The notes below the pieces were generated by a model, which saw only the letters and a program-made list of their open reading frames with translations, searched no databases and had not been told where the DNA came from. 64,000 nucleotides of DNA from Camelus ferus. Taxonomy: Eukaryota. The position numbers and the translations under genes were made by a program. Positions 25,680 to 36,654 of this stretch are shown here, one piece after another; position 1 is the first letter of the stretch, and each line of letters starts with the position of its first letter. The stretch spans positions 7,628,001 to 7,692,000 of the forward strand of contig NC_045698.1 in NCBI RefSeq assembly GCF_009834535.1, read 5' to 3'.

Positions 25680-26219
25680 TGTGATGGACATTTATTGTTT
25701 TTGCCCCCAGCATTCTCTCCTTGCCCTGTGGGAACCTTTGTCCCGATTCTCTGATGATGCATTTCTGAGGCCATCTTGTTCCATGTGTAAGCCAATCAGC
25801 ACATTTCATTCTTCTGAACAGAGTGATTGGCTTCCTGATGGTCACATGGCACCAATCCCACCCATCGTGGCTAAGGGTATTCAATTCCTAGGTTTTTGCT
25901 GTTATCAGGGAAGCAGACTTGCTTTTCCTGTTGGCAGAATGTGTGGAAGGATGACGAGGCTGAAACTGTGGCAGGTATCTTGCAAACACACAGGGTCTGA
26001 GCATGGACCCAATATCAAGGAAGCAGCACCAAGAAATCCAGAGATAGCACTTTATCCTGGTGAAATTACTTGACTTGAGCCTGGATCAAACTATACCTGA
26101 GGCAAGAGCTCCCTCTGGATTCTTCAGTCTTGTGAGCAAATAAATTCCTTTTCCTTTTCTTAAGCTGATTTGAGTTAGGGTTTTTGTCACTTGCAGCAGA
26201 AAGAGTCATAACTAATACA
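25680..26219 (+). mobile_element. Older MaLR LTR (MLT1H-J-like)
   Basis: GATGGTCACATGGCACCAAT and the 3' end AATAAATTCCTTTT...TTTGAGTTAGGGTTTTTGTCACTTGCAGCAGAAAGAGTCATAACTAATACA. Confidence 0.75.
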
Positions 26220-27850
26220 GCGATGGAAAGTTGGGTTTGAGGAAAGGTGCCAGGCGGTCTGTAAGATGAAGAGGCTGAGTTACAAACAGAGACAGGTTCT
26301 AAAACTCCAGCAGGTACGCTTTCTCCTTTCTTTGAAATCGTAGAACACTTTGCTTGCACAATTGATGTGACATATATCACATGTTGCCTTGAATTGCAAT
26401 TACAGTTCTTGTATGGTGGGTACAAATTGCATAACCATAATACTCCCGTGTGCAGACGTGAAACTTTCTTTATCGTTTTATAATTGAGCTTAATTTACTC
26501 ACAAGCCCTCATTTCTGCTCATGGCAGAGAACTTAATCTTGCCGATTCCAGGCAATTCTGTCAGTCCTGCTTGAAAATTCAGTATCTTTTTAGGGGAAAT
26601 ACATGGTTAATTCAGGCTTTCTAATCCCTTTACCCCTCTCCTTTCCCTGGGGGGGGGGTATCTATGTTCTAGCAAGTGTGGCCATGACACAAAAGGTCTG
26701 GTCTGGCAGCCTCTGTGGGGATCTCTGTGACTGACCCAGAGAGCTGGGCTGTCAACACTGCTGGTGCTGTTGTCACCCAGGTCTTCGCTCAGCTTCTGGA
26801 AACTCAGCCTGGCCCTGCATCTAGTCCCCAGCTCGGTGGCCCACGGGGTCCCGTATGGCAGGGCACAGTCTTCTCCGCACCATGCATCCTGCCTCTCAAT
26901 TCTTAGCTCTTCTCGGCTCCCTAGGCCAACTTTGGGGGCTCCCTTTTCTGTACTCCCAGGACCAGTCCATGTGGCTCAGGACACTTGAGGAGTCAGCTCC
27001 CCACTAGATGCTCAGACAAGTCTGCCCTGCTCTTGGGCTGGGACCCTATAGGGGAGGAGGGAGCTTGGTTCAAGAGGGGCCTCAGAGCCACGCCCTCCCC
27101 TCCCAGGCTTGCTGTCCCCTCCGGAGCTCCGCCACCCCCGCCCAGGAAGGGCTGTCTATCTGCCCATATTCTGGGGACGAGCTCTCTGCTCTGGGTCTCC
27201 CCAGGCTGGGCTCTGGATGTTCCTCGGAACAATAACGAAAGCTTTTCCTCCCTCGCCTGTCTGGATCTTACAAAGGACACGCGGGGTTTCCAAGACCACG
27301 CCTCTGCCCTGGATTCCCAGGGGTTCGCCCTGGAGCTTCCCAGGGCAGAGTCTGGTGACTTGGAAGGGCTGCCGTTTTGGGGCCAGCTCTGCCCTGCAGC
27401 CTCACAGCCTGGTGACGGTGGAGGAAGGCTTGCAGGGCCCAAAGAAAACGAAGAGGCAGAACTCCTGGAAAGGAAAAGCGCCTAGGGACTATTTCACAGC
27501 GGGATCTGGCGCCACGAGCATCATGGCTGTTCCTCCAGGCACAAAAGGTGCCCGGACTGGCTCCCCCTGTGGGACAGTCATTGGTTGCTGCCCTGGCTGG
27601 CCCTTTGACACTCTTTCAAGGGCCAAACTCCACCCACTCGACTGAGAAACAGGCCAGGAAAAGGAACTTTCCAGGCTGTTTGAATGTTCTTTTCTTTAGG
27701 TCAGTTGGCCCATAGTGATGACTGGTCTTTCCATCTTCCAAAGTTGGCTTTAGCACTGTTGGCAACTTCCTGCTCAAGGGAGGGACAATGAATTCCCTGG
27801 AGGTTGGCTGGGGGCGTGGTGGCCCCTGCGGCATGCTAGCTCAGCCTCAG

Positions 27851-28308
27851 GGTTGTGAGCTGAATTCTGTTCCCCTCAAAAGCTATGTTGAAGTCCTAGC
27901 CTTTGATGCCTGTGAAAACGACCTTGTTCGGAAATAGAGTCCTTGCAGATGTAAGTAGTCAAAGATGGAGATGAGTGATACCAGATTAGGGTGCCCCCAC
28001 CCCCACATTCAGTGACTGGTGTCGTTATAGGAAGAGAAGAGGACACAGGCACACAAGGAGAAGGACACACGTTGATGGTGGCAGAGACTAGAGTGATGGG
28101 TCTCCTAACCAGGCAGCACTGAGGGCTGCTGGGACCAGAATCTAGGAAGAGGCGAGGAAGGATTCGTCCCGAGAGCCTTGGGTGGGAGCACGGCCCTGCC
28201 ACCACCTTGATCTGGAGCTTCTAGCTTCCAGACTCGGGAGAAAGTTTCTGTTGTTGAAAACACCCAATTTTTGCTCCTTTGTTACAGCAGCCCTGGAAAA
28301 GGAGTCCA
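27851..28308 (+). mobile_element. MaLR solo LTR (MLT1B/C-like)
   Basis: GTTGTGAGCTGAATTCTGTTCCCC...TATGTTGAAGTCCTA start, TTTGTTACAGCAGCCCTGGAAAA end, TSD CTCAG/CCCAG. Confidence 0.88.
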
Positions 28309-28919
28309 CCCAGGACCCACTGCCCTTGCCTCAGGCCTGGGGCCAGACATCCTGAAGGTTTGTGACATTCAGGGAACTGGGGGGGCTAGAGAGAAGTGAC
28401 CCGCCCTAGGTACCCTTTGCCACACTGGTTCCCCCGCTGCTCTGAGTCCGGGCTGCCGGTGGCTCAGAAACGCTCTCTTCTCTGAGAACTGCCCCCTGCC
28501 CAGGGAACAGAAGCTGCTGCCCGCCAGGAGGCCTGGCCACATCCCTGGTGGGGAGGGCAGCCCACAGCCGCCGACGACACGCGGACAAAAGCGGCTCTCC
28601 CGGCCTCGGGCGGGCCTGGCTCTGGGCACTATTTGTGCTCCCAGTTCTCGGTGGGGTCAGGATGAAGGCTTTGCCGGAGCCCACGCCCCTGTTTGCGTCT
28701 CTCCCTGGTCCTCCTCCTCTCATCCTTCTGCAAAGTGTAGCGCCCCTTCCTCCAGGCTCCGCTCACTCCCTGTTTCAGGCTCGGCTTCCAGGGAGGAGGA
28801 CCCAAGGCACTGGATCCTGACTCCTGTGGGGCGGAGACTTCCTTCTCTGGAGGCCCATCCTGGGCTGGACAAGGCACAGACTGGGGCAGGGTCTCTCACA
28901 CGCTAGGCGCTAGGGACCA

Positions 28920-29065
28920 GCTCAAGAGCTCATTTAAACACAGCATCCTGGGCCTAACTCCAGAGATTCTGACAGTATGTCTGGGGTGGAGCCTGAGAAC
29001 CGGCATTTCTAACAGGCTCCCAGGTGCTTGCACTGCTTGCTGGTCAGGGACCACACACTGAGACT
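28920..29065. mobile_element. MER5A-like hAT-Charlie MITE
   Basis: CCAGAGATTCTGA...TCTGGGGTGGAGCCTGAGAA...GCATTTCTAACAGGCTCCCAGGTG...GGGACCACACACTGAGA. Confidence 0.75.
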
Positions 29066-29930
29066 CGCCGGCCTAGGATCTCATCACATTTGGTCTGATG
29101 GCTTGAGAGGGCGAGCGTGCTAGGAGAGGTTTGCAGAAATTAATTTGCACTTGGGATTTCTGAGGCTCGGCAAAGAATGGAAAAAGGTTGTGTGATGGGT
29201 TGAGGGTTGAAGAAGCCAATCTGGAGTGTTCCTGAGGGTTGGTCAGCCCCTCGGTCTGCACCTTGGCTCACAGGAGTGAACAGCTGTGGGCAGAAGCCCC
29301 GGGACTATCGACCTGGAGGTCTTCATGGGACAGAGGGCTCCCCAAAGCCATTCTCTTGGGCAGAAGAGACAAAGCTTGGCTCAGAAAAGAGGGGGGCATT
29401 CTTTTGTATGCATGTATGTCTGAGTGTGCACCTACGTGTGTGTGATACACACGCCGTCACAGCTTGTTGAGTGCTTCTGCTTTGCCTGAGCGAGGCAGCA
29501 GCCAGCCAGCCAGCCAGCCAGCAGCGGCTCCCGACACAAAGGCCGAGGCCGCCCCACCCGACACACACACAGATCATCATTTCTGTTTGAATTCTTCCTT
29601 CTTCTGTGCAGCAATCTGCTTCTGTAGGAGAGCCCTCGCCCCCTCGTTTGGGGTTCTGGCCAACTGGGGGTTTGCTGCTTCCAACCTTGTCCTCCCGCCC
29701 AGCAGAGCCCAGGGTTTCATCCGGCTCTGCCTCTTCCGTGTCGGTTACATGGAGGGAAGTTTTGTGCCTCCTCTGCTTTCGTGTTCTTCTCACCTCTGTG
29801 ACCATTTGTTTCTGTGGCTCCAGAGATTCCACTTCGCCGACGGGGGATCTGAATTCCGCTGATTCTTTTTGTTCGCAGACAAACCTGGGCCCAGAGCAGC
29901 CACCCCTCTGCAGCCTACACGTTGTTTGTG

Positions 29931-29956
29931 CAGCGCCATCTGCCGGCAGGTGGCAG
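29931..29956. promoter_or_regulatory. Two overlapping, oppositely oriented CTCF-like motifs
   Basis: Minus strand CCGGCAGATGGCGCTG and plus strand CCGGCAGGTGGCAG share the central CCGG. Motif match only; no binding data. Confidence 0.5.
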
Positions 29957-30512
29957 GGTGGCCATCCTTCCCGGTTTATAACAGATTTGAGGAGCGCGGC
30001 AAGCGCTGACCCCTCCCGTGCGCCGTCCCCTCTCACAGTCACAAAGTTCCGGGGTTGAGTTCATCACATTCCTGTTTCCGGCGAGTTCTCATCACTGTCT
30101 GAGCCGTTCCTTTTCCACCAGCCCCCTCTCCCCTTTCCTGCCTCCAGAGGTGTTTACATCTGCACTAGATGCCAAAGTGCCCCACCTGGACCCCTTCCCA
30201 GGTGCTGTGCCTGACCTCCACTGTTGCGTGCTGGCTGCTGACAGCCCCAGCTGTCCTGTCTCCGGATGGTGACACTCGCTTTTACAGCAGGAAGCCTCCT
30301 GGATGGGAGTTCACACGCCCCCAGGGTGGAGGGACCCCAGCCCAAGACTGTCTGCTAGCGGGTACAGAAGGCCAGCCGCTTGCCTCAAGCTGGGGTCCAC
30401 GCCGGGATGTGCCTCATACCCCACAGCTCCAGGGCGTTTTTCTAGACTTTCCTTAAGCCCACTCCCTGGCGGAGCTTCCTTCCCTGCCCCGTCTTGCTTT
30501 TTTGTGAGTGTG

Positions 30513-30593
30513 TGTGTGACTTGCTTTATTGCAGCACCAGCGTTATTGCTCTGGTCTGGAACCAAACTTGCACTGTCTGTGAGGTGTGCTGTA
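30513..30593 (+). mobile_element. Tigger1 terminal fragment
   Basis: TGTGACTTGCTTTATTGC...TGGTCTGGAACCAAACTTGCACTGTCTGTGAGGTGTGCTG followed by TA resembles the recalled Tigger1 3' terminus. Confidence 0.7.
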
Positions 30594-30628
30594 CTCTGCT
30601 TATTAGCCTTCCTTTGGGATCCAGATAG

Positions 30629-31096
30629 TTTTATTATTGTTGTTTTTTTTTTAAAAAATTGAAGTATAGTTGATTTACAATATTATATTAGTTTCAGGTG
30701 TACAGCATAGTGATTCAGTATTTTTACAGTTTATACTCCATTAAAGTTATTATAAGATAATGACTATAATTCCCTTTGCTAGACAATATATCCTTTTTGC
30801 TTATCTATTTTGTACATAGTAGTTTGTATTTCTTAATCCCATACCCCTAAAATGTTCCGCCCAACTTCCCTCTCATCACTTGTGATCACTGGCTTATTTT
30901 TGATATCTATGAGTCTGTTTCTGTTTTGCTGTATACATTCATTTTTTTAGATTCCACACATAAGCGATAACATACAATATTTGTTTTTCTGTCTAACTTC
31001 TTATTTCACTAAGCATACTATTCTCTAGGTCCATCCATATCATCACAAATGGCAGAATTTCATTCTTTTTTATGGCTGAGTAGCATTCCATTGTAT

Positions 31097-31136
<40 letters not shown>

Positions 31137-31214
31137 CACATGTTCTTTATCCAGTCATCTGCTAATGGACACTTCATTTGCTTCCATATTTTGGCTATTG
31201 AAAATAGTGCTGCA
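30629..31214 (-). mobile_element. L1 ORF2 end, 3' UTR and A-tail
   Basis: T-rich tail, then TTGAAGTATAGTTGATTTACAAT...TCTCTAGGTCCATCCAT...TTGGCTATTGAAAATAGTGCTGC. Confidence 0.92.
31099..31134. repeat. (AC)18 microsatellite inside L1
   Basis: Read directly from the sequence. Confidence 0.95.
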
Positions 31215-31394
31215 AAGGAAAATATAAACAAAACAAAAAGACAACCTACAGAATGGGAGAAAATATTTACAAATGATGTGACTGCAATGGGCTTAAGTTC
31301 CAGAATACTGAATTACTTTGCTGTACACTAGAAACTAACATAACATTGTAAACCAACTATACTTCAATAAAAAAGTAAATAAATAAAAAATAAA
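31212..31394 (+). mobile_element. Inverted L1 piece: ORF2 C-terminal fragment fused to an L1 3' terminus
   Basis: 31212-31307 encodes AKENINKTKRQPTEWEKIF (L1 ORF2). It joins directly to CTGAATTACTTTGCTGTACACTAGAAACTAAC...CTATACTTCAATAAAAAA plus an A-rich tail. Confidence 0.85.
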
Positions 31395-31520
31395 GTAATC
31401 TGCAATCAGTGACACCTTTACTTTTTCCTTTCCAGTTTGGATTCCTTTTATTTCTTTTTCTTGTCTGATTGCTGTGGCGAGGACATTCAATACTATGTTA
31501 AATAGAAGTGGCAAGGGTTG
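31395..31520 (-). mobile_element. L1 ORF2 reverse-transcriptase fragment
   Basis: Encodes [38 protein letters not shown], the segment leading into the L1 RT FADD motif. Confidence 0.92.
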
Positions 31521-32472
31521 GGCCTGAGATGGCCCTGTCTCCTTTAAGCATTCGTTTTTCCCTTTCTGTACACTATGACACTTGCCCCAGAAGTGGGGAG
31601 TGCTGAAGCAAGTGAGGCCCACGTGGGCTCTTGGCTCCTATCAGCCACGGAGGTCCAGTGCATCGCCCGTGCAGGCATCCACAGCTCTGTTCAGACACAG
31701 CCTTGGGTGCAAGTCCCCTTTGTTCCTCACAGCCAATCAGCCCCCAGCCTCTGCCACCCCCATCCTGTTGTGGAATCGTTCTGCAGGACAGGTGGAGCCG
31801 ATGTGGCCTTTCAGCATATATCATGGGGCTGAGCTCTGGTGGAGCAGACACCATCGGAGATCTGGGTGGCTTTTGAGGTGCTGCTTAAATAAGTGGCCAA
31901 CACCATCCTATGCAAGCTCCGCTGTGGGACTGGGTCACTTCTGCATCCCATAGTCAGGTCTTTTCCCAGATTCAGTGCTGCAGCATGATGTGGAATGAGT
32001 GGGGCTGGAGCATTCTCTCGCCAAGGCTGGGTGCATGGGGAGGTGGTTGCAGGAAACCTGGCAGCCTCTAGAGCAGACCTTTCTGCCCTTTCTTGCCCTG
32101 CCTTGGGGGCAAGTCTTCCTTGTGAGCAGAGTCCCAGGTTTCCCAGAGCCATTATATTAGTCCCAGCAGTGCTCCAACCAACCAAGAGGGCTTGTCCAAT
32201 CTTGGCTCAAACTGCTCACTCCCCAGGTTGGATCTCCACTCCAGCGTAATCTCCCTTTTCCTCTACGTCCCCTCCCAGGGGCACAGGTCCCAATCTAATT
32301 GCTTTTCCTCTTTCCATACTTGATTTTGTGTGTATCTTGCTTGCAGCCTTGTTGTACAGAAGTCTTTGTGTCAGTCTCCAGTTAGATTTCAGTGAGAATT
32401 GTTCCACACGTGGATGTATTTTGATGTGTTTGTGGGTGGATGCCTCATCCTCTTACTCTTCTTTATCTGAAT
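31520..32472 (-). mobile_element. L1 5' UTR reaching the element's 5' end
   Basis: Minus strand reads ...CCACAAACACATCAAAATACATCCACGTGTGGAACAATTCTCACTGAAATCTAACTGGAGACTG...GGGACCTGTGCCCCTGGGAGGGGAC...GAGGAAAAGGGAGATTAC, resembling the recalled laurasiatherian L1 5' end. Confidence 0.8.
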
Positions 32473-32540
32473 CTCTGCCCTCTTCTGCTTTCTCACCCTC
32501 CTTCTCCTGAAAGCCCCTCCTCAAAGCATCATAGACATCT

Positions 32541-32652
32541 GTTTTTAGTTTTGTTTTTCTTTATTTTTTTTTAATGGAGGTACTGGGGATTGAACCCAGG
32601 ACCTTGTCCATGCTAAGCATACACTCTAGCACTGAGCTATTCCCACCACCCA
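32541..32652 (-). mobile_element. tRNA-derived SINE, Vic-1-like
   Basis: AATGGAGGTACTGGGGATTGAACCCAGGACC...GCACTGAGCTAT. TSD AAGCATCATAGACATC (32524-32539) / AAGCACCATAGACGTC (32655-32670). Confidence 0.92.
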
Positions 32653-32789
32653 CCAAGCACCATAGACGTCGGGCTCTTGTCTCGGGCTCTGCTTCTAGCG
32701 GCCCAGATTTAGATGGTGTCTGCACAGAATGTGTGGTGTTGCTTTGTGTGTGTGTGTGTGTGTGCTGACTTGGAAAGTGTTTCCTATGA

Positions 32790-33420
32790 ACTTGTCCATT
32801 CACCTGGTCTGCTGTCTCGTTCTGCCCTGTGCACACTCTGCTGTGTGTGCCACCACATTTTCCTGGGCACTTCCCAGATGAGAATGCTTTGATTGTCTCT
32901 TCTTCCACGTGGCCACAGGCGAGACCTCGGCGGACATCCTTGTTCATGGTCCTTGGGATGGATGTGACCGTTTCTCTGGATGGACAGATAGGAGTGGATT
33001 CTGATCCACAGACTTAGCTTCACGGAGTCCTACACATGGCTGCCCTGGGTTTCACTGGTTCCCCAGGAGCTGCCTACGCCCGGCAGCAACACACAAGTGT
33101 TCCCATCTCCCCGTATCTCCAACACTGGGGAGGGGCTCCCCTTCCATCTTTGTCATTCTGATGCTGATTTGCCATCACTGTTTTGTTTTCCTTTCCACTG
33201 CAGCTTTCAGCACCTCTGCCTGTACCTTGTTGGTTATTGGTGCCCCCGGCACCCCCTCCCCAGCCTTTTTCAAACCATCTACTATCTTTATTTTTAATTT
33301 AAAGATCTTTGTTGTTTTATACAGTTAAACTATCTTCTCTGAGTGGCCATCTGTCTCTTTTCCTTGTTTGTGACATCCTTCACTGGGCGAAAACCCTTAA
33401 GTGCTGCTGCCTTACGCTCC
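32790..33420 (-). mobile_element. Ancient L1 (L1ME-type) fragment, unusually GC-rich
   Basis: GGACATCCTTGTTCATG, TTTCTCTGGATGGACAGATAGGAGTGGATT, GTGTTCCCATCTCCCCGTATCTCCAACACTGG and TTGTTGGTTATTGG occur in L1-antisense order. Confidence 0.55.
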
Positions 33421-35507
33421 CATTGTCACAGGGAGATTCCGATGAAACAGCTCATCTATATTTCACTTGCTTTTTATTGCAGTCTTCCGACCAGGATGCA
33501 GGCATGAGTCCACAGGGACCTGGGTTAAGGGACATTAGACTTACGGAGGCCTTTTTCACATAAAATCATGCTCACTTTTCATTCTGACCCCTGATCCAGC
33601 CTCGGCACCCTGGCCCTTTCTTCCATGAGCTCCAGTTCTTTTTCTGGAGCTTTTCAGTCCCTCATGAACAAGGACCGCAGTGGGCCACCCCTGAACCCTG
33701 GAAATGCCTCGATGCCCTTGAGCTGCACAGAAAACACGTTCACATGCCACCCCGGTCCCCACACTACAACGTAAACAATATAAGCGTGTTCCTCGACAGA
33801 CCCTCCTGAGAGGACATTTTCATCTTTGTGCATCTCAGTAGGTCCCCAGTCACACAGTGTCGCTCTTACAGTAAGCGAATAGCATTACAGCAAATGCTCA
33901 GGTGGATACAAAACGCAGAACAGTATGATCCACATTCCGTGGGCTGAGAAGCAAGGTGTGGGGTCCTTTGGGGACTCCTGGTAGGATCTCAGCAGATGAT
34001 TAGGTGCCCTGGTAAGTCGACGCTCTGAGGATGGAGAATTGAAGGGATGACCGTGGCTTCCCATATGAGTACTTACGAGGACCCCACAGGGTGGGGCCCC
34101 GAGGGAGTGCGCACAGATCCGGGTCCTCTTTTGTCTTTGAACAGGTAGTTCTTCTTAAGGCTTAAACCTTAGAAAATGTCCAAAATGTCCCTGAGCTCAG
34201 TACTCTTGAGTTCCAGCTTGTCAGGAAAATCTCTGCAAGTAGAATATCTGAGGTCATGGAGAGGACCACCCCCCCCCTCTGCAGTCCCGGAAACGTGATG
34301 ACTCCAACCTGATGACACAAAAGTAAAGGCTTCTTCTGGCCTTTCAGCAGCACGTCTCTGGCACGTTGGTCTTTCTGGCCCCGTATCTTCGATCTCCAAC
34401 TAACGCTTACTCCCATCCCCCCTCTTCCAGGTAGCTGACCCCATGCCCCGCGGTGTGCTGATTATGACGGTGAATCCCAGTAGGGGTCGTTCCTCTCCTT
34501 TTTATATAGTCAAGGTGCATCTGTTTGAAGGCAGGCAAGAGTTTGATTACCCATATTAGGACCCCAGTGAAGCTTAACAAGGGAAGTCCACAGGTTCTGG
34601 GATGCCCCCTTGCTCCTCTGATTCACTGGAATTGTCACTCTCCCGAATTCAACACGGAAAAGAGGTAATTTTGTACCAGTGTGATGCTCCAAATAGTTGA
34701 GTACCAACCTATTTGTTGTATAGGCATGTTTTATAGGTTTCTTAATAAAAATGGGAGTTTGTACCCAACTAAACCACACACTCTTCTAATATTGGAAATT
34801 TTAAATCCACCTTTACCGTAACTGCGTTAGGATTGGTAAAGGTTAATAGCCTGGCAGAACTATTTTTTCAGAGCCACACTGTTTTTTTCCTTCTACTCTT
34901 CTAGGTTGTTGCAGACTGACTTGAGAGTGATTCTCCTCCCAGGGCTGTTCTTAGCAAAGTAAGTAAATTTACACATTCTGCAAGAACCCAGGGCTTCTTG
35001 AGGAAAGTGTCTTCTGTAAAACCCAGGAGGTCCGCTAAAATGCAGACCCCTGGGTCTTGGATTTCCAGTGTTGGGGGTGATGTGGAGATCTGCATTTTAG
35101 CAAGCATTTCAGGATGGTTTGAGTACAATTAGATCAAAATCTATTAATTCTCTGCTGTGTTCCAAGTGAATTCATTTGTTATCTCATTTAATTCTGTAAC
35201 TGCCTGTATGGGAAGTATTTCTAACCTTATTTTATAGGTTTGGCAATGAACGTTTATGATCATCAGCTGTCTTAAATCCTGGGGTGCTTGTAAGAGGTGA
35301 AACAAACTTTTCAAATCTGTGTCTGTCCATCTTCAAAGCCCTCAGTCTTAAGAATAAAATCTACAGGTGAGTTGGGAAGAAGAGAAGAAGCAGTTTGCTC
35401 TTCAAGGCAAGAAGGAGTTTCAGGCATAAGACTGAGTGTTAAGGACAGCTTTGCTTCCTTCACCTGAAAAACTGAGGAGTCCCAGAACGAGAACCTTGCT
35501 GATAATC

Positions 35508-35898
35508 TGTATCTGTCAGGAGAGGCTTAGTTAGCTGCTGTGACAAACATCCCCCCCCCCACCACCACCAGAATAGTGAAATCACAAAGGCTGATTCCTC
35601 ACTCATGCTCCATGTCCATTGTGGGTTTATAGGGAGGTTCGGCTCAACATAGTCATTCAGGGACCTGCAACATAGTGTTGCTGCTCTGGAAAATTTCCAT
35701 TTACTGTGAGTGAGAGAAAAAAGCACTCAGGAGGATCTTGAACTGGCAGTCACATGCTCTTGCCCAGACGTGACACTTGTCACTTCTGTTCAGAACCTAT
35801 TGATCAGAGGCAGTCACCTGGCCTACTCACATGCTTGTGGGAACCAGGAACCACACCCTATTGTGTTCCCAGAAGCACTAATGACCAGTTATGACCAC
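35508..35898 (-). mobile_element. Old MaLR LTR (MLT1J/K/L-like)
   Basis: TGTATCTGTCAGGAGAGGCTTAGTTAGCTGCTGTGACAAACATCCC...TCACTCATGCTCCATGTCCATTGTGGGT. Confidence 0.65.
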
Positions 35899-36134
35899 GC
35901 CAGAGCCCCTATTCAGGTAGGGAGTAGGGTGAGGCAGTGAGATGGAGTCATCAAAATTATAATATTTTATTTATCATGAATTATTTTTTCACATTTGTTT
36001 TTATTTTTGAAAAGATTGCATTAAGAAATTAGTTATCTTGATGACTGAGTTTTTTTGGAGCACTCCATGAAATTTTATAGCAAGTCTCATCCTTGATATA
36101 AATAGAGGATAAAACATATCAGAATTTTGTTTCC

Positions 36135-36654
36135 TTTTTTTTTTTTTTTTCTTTATCCAGTCACCTATTCATTGACATTTAGGCTGTGGTATATTTATAC
36201 AATGGAATGCTATTCAGCCATAAAAACTGACAACATAACGCCATTTGCAGCAACATGGATGCTCCTGGAGAACGGCATTCTAAGTGAAGTAAGCCAGAAA
36301 GAGAAAGAAAAATACCATATGAGATTGCTCATATGTGGAATCTAAACAAAAAACCAAGCATAAATACAAAACAGTTTAACAGACTCATAGACATAAAATA
36401 CAGACTTGTGGTTGCCAACGGGGCAGGGACAGACTGGAATTTCGAAAGGTAGAATAGAGAAACAAGATTATACTGTATAGCACAGGGAAATACATGCAAG
36501 ATCTTACAGTAGGAAAAAAAATGTGACAATGAATATACATCTGTTCATGTACAACTGAAAAATTGTGCTCTGCAGTGGAATTTGACACAACATTGTAAAC
36601 TGACTATAACTCAATAAAAAAAAGTTAAAAAATAAAATAAAGTAAAATAAAATA
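36135..36654 (+). mobile_element. Young, probably camelid-lineage L1 3' end with a short 5' inversion
   Basis: Encodes LWYIYTMECYSAIK...PFAATWM (ORF2 C-terminus), followed by 3' UTR, AATAAA and an A-rich tail. Exact 14-bp TSD AGAATTTTGTTTCC at 36121-36134 and 36655-36668. Confidence 0.95.

Larger units (their letters stand above)
30160..32713 (+). mobile_element. ERVL LTR16-like LTR split into three pieces (~30160-30500, 32475-32540, 32655-32713) by an L1 and a SINE
   Basis: GAAGGCCAGCCGCTTGCCTCAAG core. The sequence resumes after the L1 as CTGCTTTCTCACCCTCCTTCTCCTGAAAGCCCCTCCTCAA and after the SINE as CTTGTCTCGGGCTCTGCTTCTAG. Confidence 0.7.

Noticed and set aside
26985..27645. Overlapping 149-178 aa ORFs
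   Set aside because: Pro/Gly/Ser/Leu-rich translations in several frames, typical of GC-rich non-coding sequence.
29323..30042. Longest ORF in the track (239 aa, minus strand) and overlapping ORFs
   Set aside because: No recognisable domain, runs through simple repeats, and long ORFs on both strands are expected in GC-rich DNA.
34294..34440. Two TGATGA C-box-like motifs (possible C/D snoRNA)
   Set aside because: No suitably placed terminal D box with a closing stem.
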